From positions 4,397 to 68,396 of the IMG/VR virus record IMGVR_UViG_3300029935_000002: a stretch of 64,000 bases of DNA; one strand, 5' to 3'. This DNA is from a virus. A program made the translations under genes and the position numbers. The notes under the pieces are model-generated. The model made no database searches and had not been told where the DNA came from. It was given only the letters and a program-made list of their open reading frames with translations. Positions within the stretch are counted from its first letter, which is position 1. Each line of letters opens with the position of its first letter. Shown in pieces: positions 28,714 through 36,146 of the stretch.

Positions 28714-29205
28714 CTACCACCAGCGTTTCACAATGTATGCAAGACACACATCAAGATCTTTAAAGCGCTCATGGTGATCCGGTTTTCCGGATACACGATA
28801 GACGATTTCATACTCCGTCGTCTGTTTTTGGATGAGATAGAAGATCAAGTATCCAAGATCTGCACAACTTTGATCTCCGATCACAGAAAGCTTACCCATG
28901 ATCTCACAAAGTAGCATATACTTGTCTTTTGTCCGATCCAGTTCTTGAAAAACAATGGGGGGTATAGCAGAGTCTTTTACAGACTCAACCATGAGCTTAC
29001 GAGACTGGATTTCTTCGTGAAGACTCTGTTTAAACTCACGAGGCATATAATCCGGATAGGGAACCTCATAAAGAACATTCAAGAACCTTATGTCGAATGC
29101 GTTGATAGGGGAGTATGTACCTCTTTCCCCACTTTCACTGATTACCCAGCCAAAGATCAGATCTTTGGCAATGTACATATTATTGACATGATAAACGGTC
29201 GTCAT
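28714..29205 (-). CDS. Hypothetical early protein (163 aa)
   Basis: AAGGAGAAAATC-ATG, downstream of motif copy 2. Confidence 0.75.
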   Translation of the reverse strand: MTTVYHVNNMYIAKDLIFGWVISESGERGTYSPINAFDIRFLNVLYEVPYPDYMPREFKQSLHEEIQSRKLMVESVKDSAIPPIVFQELDRTKDKYMLLCEIMGKLSVIGDQSCADLGYLIFYLIQKQTTEYEIVYRVSGKPDHHERFKDLDVCLAYIVKRWW

Positions 29206-29267
29206 GATTTTCTCCTTAGCATGACAGTGTCGACGAAAAAGATGCTAATGATAGCATCGGTCAAGTA

Positions 29268-29285
29268 AGATATATATGACTGAAA
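29268..29285 (-). promoter_or_regulatory. Conserved 18-bp promoter-like motif, copy 2
   Basis: Identical to copies 1 and 3; TCAAGTWAGATATATATGACTGAAA (25 bp) shared with copy 1. Confidence 0.7.
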
Positions 29286-29298
29286 AAGTTAAGACACA

Positions 29299-29328
29299 GT
29301 GGCATGGAGGCAACTGCCTCCATGCCAC
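29299..29328. terminator. Hairpin upstream of motif copy 2
   Basis: GTGGCATGGAGGC-aact-GCCTCCATGCCAC. Confidence 0.7.
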
Positions 29329-29337
29329 ATCTAAAGT

Positions 29338-29490
29338 CTAATACCAGCGTTCAAGGATATGATCTAGACACTCATCCATATTCAAAAAGAGTTCTGTTTG
29401 CTTTTCCCCTGTTTCAAGAAGAAAAGCAAGTTGAATCTCAGGATGTGTTTGAACAACACACATACCTAAATCTGCATAGACTTTGATTGG
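29338..29490 (-). pseudogene. 50-codon open segment in frame behind the TAA of the 111-aa gene; homologous to the C-terminus of 28714..29205
   Basis: PIKVYADLGMCVVQTHPEIQLAFLLETGEKQTELFLNMDECLDHILERWY; could alternatively be a 41-aa ORF from ATG 29463. Confidence 0.45.
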
Positions 29491-29826
29491 TTATGGCGAA
29501 TGATATTCTTTTTCAATTTCTAGATGTCGATGAATAAAATCACTTAAGGTTCCGGCAATATAGCAATTATCTCCATTACACTCAAAAGACTCTCTTTCAA
29601 TAAAATCTTTTTCATATTCTTGATACCGTATCCATCCGTAGTCTTGGACATAGTAGACGATAAAAAGTCTATCGTCGTTGGTAAGTAACGCCAATTCTCT
29701 TTGATTGTTAAGAAGTTTGATTGATTTAACTCGATACTGTTTTAAGAAACTAAAATATTGAGCTATTTGAAATAATAGAGGAACAGCGACTTTTTCAGTA
29801 AGTTTGACCATTATAAATTTCTTCAT
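29491..29826 (-). CDS. Hypothetical protein (111 aa), possibly truncated by an ochre stop
   Basis: ORF track; see finding. Confidence 0.6.
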   Translation of the reverse strand: MKKFIMVKLTEKVAVPLLFQIAQYFSFLKQYRVKSIKLLNNQRELALLTNDDRLFIVYYVQDYGWIRYQEYEKDFIERESFECNGDNCYIAGTLSDFIHRHLEIEKEYHSP

Positions 29827-29907
29827 TGAAAAATTTCAATCTTGAGTTATTATTTTAAGGAATACTTACTTCTACTAAAATACCTATCTATGAAAATAAT
29901 CTTCTGT

Positions 29908-29954
29908 GAGCATAGAGAGAGAGGGGTTTAAACCCCCCCTCTCTCTCTATGCTC
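29908..29954. terminator. Long hairpin
   Basis: GAGCATAGAGAGAGAGGGG...CCCCTCTCTCTCTATGCTC. Confidence 0.7.
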
Positions 29955-30984
29955 ATTTATAAACTTCAAGTAAAGCTTCAACCATATTAGTCGTATTTTC
30001 TAGCACTTTTAATGAAGTCTTCGGATGATACGTGATTGATTCAAGTAGGTCATTTTGCTGCATGATAGGTGACCATCCTTGAAACCGATGGCGTCGAACT
30101 TCTTCACTGACCCGAGCAGCTTTCATTTGAAGAATCTTACGCTGAACTAAATTTTGAAGAAGTTCAAGTTCTTCAAGACTATAACGACCAAGGTGCTCAA
30201 TCGAAACAGGAAGTTCGTTGGCTATATTGGTGTTCTTAGGAATTTGAACAACATTGCCTTCAGTTGAAACTTGATACCCGATGTAAGGAACAGATTTTCC
30301 TTTAGAGCTCTCAGGTTCAGTTTGAATGGTGTTTTGAGATACAGCTACTTCACTACTTTGATTAGACGACTCTGGCTCGTTTTGAGAGCCCAGCGTTGTG
30401 TTTTCAATAGAGGAAGGAACTGTTAAGTCTTCAACTTCAATCGTCCCAAGAAATTCTTCTTGAACACTTTCAGTGACGTTTTCTTTATTTGGCGCTGTGA
30501 CTGTAGGTGTAGTCTTGGCTTTAATTTTTTTAGGTTGTTCTTTAAGCCAGTAGTTAATAGAATTTTGTTCAAGCTTAAAAAGATACGTCGAACTATCGTC
30601 GATGTCTTTTGAATGAACAATGATAATACTTACTACATCGCCTGCATAGTGAATCAACTCACGAGCAATATAATGTTCTTGAACATGAAAAACACTATGA
30701 AGTGTATAATGTTCTTCAAGTTCTTCTTTCTTTGTATGAGAATAAAGTACTAAGAACCAAGAAGCTGTATTATCAATAACACGGTTTAAAAGAACACCGA
30801 CTAAACCAGGAAACTTAGTGTCACTGACTTGAAACTTTTTAAAAAGATCAAGCATCTTTCGACTACGCGGTGGGCGCTTGACATCTTCCGTGAGTACATC
30901 AGTTGGTTTTTTAGATGTATTGTCTTTAATAACCTTGAAAGAAGGTAAAATCCATTCAAGGTCTGTGGTTCTTTCAATATGCAT
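29953..30984 (-). CDS. Hypothetical protein with S/T/E/Q-rich linker (343 aa)
   Basis: AAGGAAGG RBS; two globular regions joined by a low-complexity linker. Confidence 0.65.
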   Translation of the reverse strand: MHIERTTDLEWILPSFKVIKDNTSKKPTDVLTEDVKRPPRSRKMLDLFKKFQVSDTKFPGLVGVLLNRVIDNTASWFLVLYSHTKKEELEEHYTLHSVFHVQEHYIARELIHYAGDVVSIIIVHSKDIDDSSTYLFKLEQNSINYWLKEQPKKIKAKTTPTVTAPNKENVTESVQEEFLGTIEVEDLTVPSSIENTTLGSQNEPESSNQSSEVAVSQNTIQTEPESSKGKSVPYIGYQVSTEGNVVQIPKNTNIANELPVSIEHLGRYSLEELELLQNLVQRKILQMKAARVSEEVRRHRFQGWSPIMQQNDLLESITYHPKTSLKVLENTTNMVEALLEVYK

Positions 30985-31018
30985 GACGGTTTATGACCTT
31001 CCTTAAGACAAAAAAGAA

Positions 31019-31046
31019 ACATGGAGGACCCTAGGGTCCTCCATGT
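31019..31046 (-). terminator. Chimallin terminator (perfect 28-bp palindrome with U-rich tail on minus strand)
   Basis: ACATGGAGGACCCTAGGGTCCTCCATGT preceded on plus strand by AAAAAAGAA. Confidence 0.8.
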
Positions 31047-31072
31047 CATCTCACAATGTTACTTTGCTGTGA

Positions 31073-32965
31073 TTAACGCACGCCAAAACGCTGGGCACCA
31101 TAACGGTACGGTTGCTGAACACGTGCTGCACCATAGCCACTACCAAAGCTGCGCGTGCCGTGGGCCAGTGAGTTCTGGATGAAGCTCGGTGCAGCCACAC
31201 CCGTACGCAGCATGTCTGCATTGATCGGGGTGTTGACCTGAACCGGCAGGTTGCAGTCAGCAATAGCGCTGCTCAGGGCCAGTACGAAGCTGTCACTGAA
31301 CGAGACGCGAGCTGCGTAACCCGTGATCTCGGCTTGGTGATTCAGCACGTCCATGATCATGCCTTCACGCATGGCCAGGTTACGCGCCGACGAGACACCC
31401 GGACGTTCCACGAAGGTGTTGCTGTATTCGTGAATACGCTCAGGCTGGTTCTGGTACATGTTGGCAATGGCGGTGTAGTCTACGTTGCGGATATCGCAGA
31501 TACGACCTTCCGTATCACGATAATGACCCACCGGAACACGGATCACGTTGGTGAACATCGGATCGCCTTGCTTGAAGTAGCGCTGGAACCCATTGTTGGT
31601 GAGTTCATTGGCCGCAGCATAGATCTGGTTGTAAGCAGCTTGGTCACCCGACGCAGCTGCAGCAAACACAGACAGATACCACGACTGCGCACCCGCTTCA
31701 GGGCAGTCCATCGAGATCACGACGCCCGGACGGAAGATCGAGACCAGATACTTATTGATCTCAGCAATGTCGCCCTTGAGCGAAGCGATATCCATCGGCG
31801 TACCAAAACCCATCTTGTCCGTTTCACGGGCCAGGTTGGCCGTGATGTTCAGGGCGCCGATATCCGTGATGTCGATCTTCGACTTACCACCTTGGGGCGC
31901 GTAGCTGTTACCCTTAGGCAGGAAGGCCTGGATCCAGTTGTCGTTTTCAACCAGAGTCAAGAACGACGACACGGCCAACAGCACAGCAGCAGGCGACGTT
32001 GCATAGTCTGTACGCACCGAAGTGATCACGAACTCAGCAGCAAACTTCTGCGTCGGCTGAGGAACGTTCGGGTTCATGTAACCTTGGAAACCGTAGGCGT
32101 TCACGGGTTCGGTCGGTGCCCAGATGGGCTGAATGAAACCAGACATTTCGCAGATACGCGCAACCGCTTCAGCGACGTTCACGGTATCCAGACCCGCAAC
32201 CGACTGAGCCGTCTTCTTCTGGCTCGAATAGCTGATCAGGACCGAGCTACGCTGCGGGTTACCGACGACGTCATAGACTTGGTGATTGCCAAACGTCACA
32301 TCGAAGACGAAACGGCAGTCACGATCCATATAAGCCAGGTTCAGCTCACCGTAGTTATCGGTCACAGCGTTGATCACCGAGACGCAAGCCAGTGCGGCAT
32401 TACGAGCGATGTTCTCGATGGCATCCTTCATGTCAACTGCGATCGACGAAGGAACAACCATAGCGTCAGCCGGATAGACCGTGACGTTGGGGAACTCGGC
32501 CGTCACCGCATCATAAGCCGTCTTATACAGCACTTCGTCATAAGCGTCACCCGTAGTACGGTTGATCTTGACTTGCTGGTTGTCGATGTTACGGAATACC
32601 GGCTGCAGCTTCTCACCCGTGGCTTCCAGAATCAGGGTGTGGAAAGCCACTGCGTTACCGTTGACGCTGTTCATGCGGCAAGCCACGACCAGTGACGAGA
32701 AGCGCAGGCTGGGCATGTTCTGACGGTTCAGGGAGATGATACGAACTTCAACTCCTTCGACGATGTCCTTATAGATCTCGGTCAGAGACGTACGAAACTT
32801 CGTGAAGTACTCACCGCCCACGCCAGCAGCGACCGGGCTACCGATCAGACCTTGCTGATGGAACGACCACGGCTGACGGATCGCTTGTTGCGACTGCTGG
32901 TTCTGTTGCGCTTGCGGAGCGGCTTGTTGAGACTGGTTCGGTGCGTTGTTGTCGATGATTGCCAT
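31073..32965 (-). CDS. chmA: Chimallin, major phage nuclear shell protein (630 aa)
   Basis: Q-rich disordered N-terminus; SSLVVA, DVVGNPQRSSVL, VITSVR, DIGALN, GFQRYF match recalled 201phi2-1 gp105 segments (SSLVIA, DTVGNPIRADIV, VITDVR, DIGALG, GFERFF); size; near DNA pol; high-expression codon bias. Confidence 0.9.
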   Translation of the reverse strand: MAIIDNNAPNQSQQAAPQAQQNQQSQQAIRQPWSFHQQGLIGSPVAAGVGGEYFTKFRTSLTEIYKDIVEGVEVRIISLNRQNMPSLRFSSLVVACRMNSVNGNAVAFHTLILEATGEKLQPVFRNIDNQQVKINRTTGDAYDEVLYKTAYDAVTAEFPNVTVYPADAMVVPSSIAVDMKDAIENIARNAALACVSVINAVTDNYGELNLAYMDRDCRFVFDVTFGNHQVYDVVGNPQRSSVLISYSSQKKTAQSVAGLDTVNVAEAVARICEMSGFIQPIWAPTEPVNAYGFQGYMNPNVPQPTQKFAAEFVITSVRTDYATSPAAVLLAVSSFLTLVENDNWIQAFLPKGNSYAPQGGKSKIDITDIGALNITANLARETDKMGFGTPMDIASLKGDIAEINKYLVSIFRPGVVISMDCPEAGAQSWYLSVFAAAASGDQAAYNQIYAAANELTNNGFQRYFKQGDPMFTNVIRVPVGHYRDTEGRICDIRNVDYTAIANMYQNQPERIHEYSNTFVERPGVSSARNLAMREGMIMDVLNHQAEITGYAARVSFSDSFVLALSSAIADCNLPVQVNTPINADMLRTGVAAPSFIQNSLAHGTRSFGSGYGAARVQQPYRYGAQRFGVR

Positions 32966-33094
32966 AATGGAAGTTCCTTTTGTATTGTACCCTTAGAGTG
33001 CGTGCACACACTTAAGGTTTATCACTGGCGTACTAAGTATTGTGGTGTCTTAGCTTGCCAACCATGGTTGACGAAACCAGTAAACTACTGCTCG

Positions 33095-33135
33095 TCACTA
33101 GAGATATGTATTGCCATCTTTTTTCTCAGAACAGG
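33095..33135 (-). promoter_or_regulatory. Bipartite 41-bp motif upstream of chimallin
   Basis: Plus strand TCACTAGAGAT-N13-TTTTTTCTCAGAACAGG; same boxes and spacing at 60692-60732. Confidence 0.65.
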
Positions 33136-33290
33136 GTTTTCTTTTCAAAAGACAACAAAGACCTCATAGGGCTCAGTATCTGTACCCGAAGATACAGATC
33201 ACTTTGCTCCATTATATTTATAGTATACTAAAAAAGTTTTCCTGAACTCTTTGAAGATCCATTGAATCTTACAGCTACCGGGCGCTTACC

Positions 33291-34367
33291 ATGTATGCTT
33301 TGTTTAGTCAACCTTCTCGTCACTATGGTGGACAGATTGAAGGCAATCGTTTTATTGATGTTCAGAAAAGAATTCAAGAAGACGTAGAAAAGGTTGTTCA
33401 GTATTATCGCTATGGCGCATTTGCTGTTAAGACGAACCACTTATTAGTTCGTTTGATTAACGCGATGAATACACCTTTGAGTTACGATATTGATCGTTAC
33501 TATGAGTCTGCTACAGCGAGGGCTTTGTTTACAGCCAATACGTTTGAGTTCTCTACCACGATCAATCCAGGTAAATGGCACGAAGGTCACTTCTATCACG
33601 GTTGTCAAGAATTGATCGTTGCCTATACAGGAAACGATGACCCTTCTGAACTTGAAAAAGGTTGGAGAGATCTCAAGCCTGTCCATGTTTTAGAGTCCCC
33701 TGTCAGTAATCTAAAGTACATGGTGCCAAATGGTATTAACCATAACGTCGAACGAGGGCTGGTTGTCATTGGGATTGATCTAGCTAAGTTGATGGTTCAG
33801 TATCGTGGCTTTGTTATGGATCAACGGGCTAGAACTTTACGGGGCGAAGAAGGTAACTTAAGCAACGCACACTTTGTAGCAAAGTATGTTTTGCCCAATA
33901 TGCTCTATAGTCAAACGGATCTTGCTATTATCAATCGCTTGATTAACCTGTTTGATGGCGCACCTATGGGTGACAGTATTAAGTCATTGCCGTTTCATAT
34001 CAGTGACTATACTGCTTTACTCGACCGCTCTTTAAACGAAATTTTAAAACGCATTAAAGATTCGCGTCTTGAATATCAGAACATTCTAAAACAGATCCCG
34101 GTTGTTTTTAATGACCTTCCTTTACAGATGCCCGATATTGCCGAAACTAGACAGGTTTGGTGGGCTTTATTCATTACGCGCTTTAAAGTGATTGAGTTCT
34201 TATGGAACCTGGGTGATAAAACCCGTCACTTTAATCAAACTCACATCAATAAACTTCTCATTGATCTAAAACGGTTTCGGTCGGATAATATATTTACCAC
34301 TCGCTTGAGTCCTGAGCTTTTGAGTGATGTAGATTACTTTATGCGTCACGCTTTAGATCTTCGTTAA
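33291..34367 (+). CDS. Conserved Chimalliviridae protein next to chimallin (phiKZ gp53-like position, 358 aa)
   Basis: Divergent from chmA; recalled synteny. Confidence 0.6.
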   Translation: MYALFSQPSRHYGGQIEGNRFIDVQKRIQEDVEKVVQYYRYGAFAVKTNHLLVRLINAMNTPLSYDIDRYYESATARALFTANTFEFSTTINPGKWHEGHFYHGCQELIVAYTGNDDPSELEKGWRDLKPVHVLESPVSNLKYMVPNGINHNVERGLVVIGIDLAKLMVQYRGFVMDQRARTLRGEEGNLSNAHFVAKYVLPNMLYSQTDLAIINRLINLFDGAPMGDSIKSLPFHISDYTALLDRSLNEILKRIKDSRLEYQNILKQIPVVFNDLPLQMPDIAETRQVWWALFITRFKVIEFLWNLGDKTRHFNQTHINKLLIDLKRFRSDNIFTTRLSPELLSDVDYFMRHALDLR

Positions 34368-34379
34368 AAGGATTAGTCC

Positions 34380-35195
34380 ATGGACCTCATCAATAAGGCC
34401 ATCACGGAAGTGATGTTTAGGATCCCTCGAGAGATCCTTAAACTTGCCTATATGGACCGTCAAGACTTTCGAGCCGCGCCAATTAGTCTAGAAGAACAGA
34501 TTCGTCGTAAGACCATCATGGCACGTGTTATCGTCGATACTAATATCATCGGAGGTGACACGATTCTGGTGGATCTTCGCGGTATTGAACCAAAGAAACT
34601 CGATCAATGGAACTACATCTTTGAGGTTCCTGCTGAGAAAGTGAACTATCGAACGATTCTTACGGTTCTGTCAGTTAACTACATGGCGTATAATAGCGTC
34701 ACGAATAATTACCTTCCTGGGACATCTGCGTCGACGCCTAACCACATCAACGACATCAGTAGCGCTGCACACCGTGCGATGGATAGTCGTGGTAATATTC
34801 CTATTGTAAGTAATAGTGAGTGTTTGGTCGTCGGTCATAATACGATCATGGTAAAAAACCATTTGATCACAGCACGAGTTGTTCAGGCGCGTTGCATTGT
34901 CACCAACGACGAACGCCTCTCAAATATCTCAATTCGAAATGCACCTGCTTTCTCAAAGCTCTGCGAATACGCTGTTAAAAGTTATATTTATAATGAACTT
35001 TTGATTGCACTGGATCGTGGCTATCTAGAAAGAGGTCAAGAACTTGGTGTGATTAAGTCATATATTGATGGTCTTTCAGATGCTGAAGAGAACTATCAGA
35101 CGTTCTTGAGAGAAGAGTGGGGTGCGGTCAATACGATCAATGATCGTCTCACTTACGAAGACCTCATAAAAATCCAACTCAGTACGAGTTTATAA
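34380..35195 (+). CDS. Conserved Chimalliviridae protein (phiKZ gp52-like position, 271 aa)
   Basis: AAGGA RBS; recalled synteny between DNA pol and chimallin. Confidence 0.6.
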   Translation: MDLINKAITEVMFRIPREILKLAYMDRQDFRAAPISLEEQIRRKTIMARVIVDTNIIGGDTILVDLRGIEPKKLDQWNYIFEVPAEKVNYRTILTVLSVNYMAYNSVTNNYLPGTSASTPNHINDISSAAHRAMDSRGNIPIVSNSECLVVGHNTIMVKNHLITARVVQARCIVTNDERLSNISIRNAPAFSKLCEYAVKSYIYNELLIALDRGYLERGQELGVIKSYIDGLSDAEENYQTFLREEWGAVNTINDRLTYEDLIKIQLSTSL

Positions 35196-35206
35196 TTACT
35201 GACGTC

Positions 35207-35234
35207 ACAGGAGGAGGCTTTTGCCTCCTCCTGT
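35207..35234. terminator. Bidirectional terminator-like hairpin
   Basis: ACAGGAGGAGGC-tttt-GCCTCCTCCTGT. Confidence 0.75.
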
Positions 35235-35245
35235 ATGTTTGATCA

Positions 35246-35500
35246 TCATTTATAAACAGCCATTTGAATCATTCCAACACTAGGATTCTTTTTAAAACTC
35301 TCTTCAGAAATAAGTGAAGACTGCATCTCATTCATACCTTGAGACTGCAAAAGATCCTTCTTAGCTTTAATCTCTTCCCAGCGTCTTTGTTCATAATAAG
35401 CCATTTCTAAATCATAGTTTGTTGAGGCGTGTTCAATTTGGTAATTGATTCCGTCAGAACTATATCGAACAGTAAGGTAAAGCGTGTCAAGCTGATTCAT
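35246..35500 (-). CDS. Hypothetical protein (84 aa)
   Basis: AAGGA RBS; ORF track. Confidence 0.6.
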   Translation of the reverse strand: MNQLDTLYLTVRYSSDGINYQIEHASTNYDLEMAYYEQRRWEEIKAKKDLLQSQGMNEMQSSLISEESFKKNPSVGMIQMAVYK

Positions 35501-35504
35501 TGTT

Positions 35505-36131
35505 TTATCCTTTAAAATTCTTTATGTAGTTACTATCTTTGAGAAGATTTTTGAAGTGCTCTTCAAGAATGGATTTAGGCCAAGCATGTGGAAGAAGACT
35601 TTTATATTCTTCGATAACCTTTTTAACATAAGTTCCAAGAATAATTTTTTTCTTTTGTTCTGTTTTTAAATGAAGTCCTTCGTTTTGCTGAAAATCTTCT
35701 TTAGTTGGTTTTAAAGAAGGAATAGCGCAAAGAATCTCAAAAAGAATTTTAAATTCTTCTTTATTGGTAATCAGTTTACAAAAACTTGTATTAACCTGTT
35801 CCCAATTATTTAATTCCTTACAAACTAAATAAAAGTGAAAAAGTCTAAATTGATCAGCTTTATTTGAAGTTGAAAAAGAACGAAGCCAAAAGTTAAGATG
35901 AATTAAATTTTGAAGTTTAGTTCTTTTCCATTTAATGAATTCTTTAAATTCTTGGTCCGGTTTAACAAATTCTGAAATAACACCGTTTTTACCATAGATA
36001 AAACGTGCAAGCCTTTGGCTACCTGGAAGACCGCTCTTGTAGACAATATTTGCTAAAGTTCGTTTAAAAGATTTATAAGGCGTTGTTGTGAGCATAGACG
36101 TTAGGATGGGAGAGGTATCTGCCTCTCCCAT
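35505..36131 (-). CDS. AT-rich, K/F-rich hypothetical protein (208 aa)
   Basis: AAGGAG RBS; visibly lower GC than flanks. Confidence 0.6.
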   Translation of the reverse strand: MGEADTSPILTSMLTTTPYKSFKRTLANIVYKSGLPGSQRLARFIYGKNGVISEFVKPDQEFKEFIKWKRTKLQNLIHLNFWLRSFSTSNKADQFRLFHFYLVCKELNNWEQVNTSFCKLITNKEEFKILFEILCAIPSLKPTKEDFQQNEGLHLKTEQKKKIILGTYVKKVIEEYKSLLPHAWPKSILEEHFKNLLKDSNYIKNFKG

Positions 36132-36146
36132 CTCCTTTAAAAAAGA

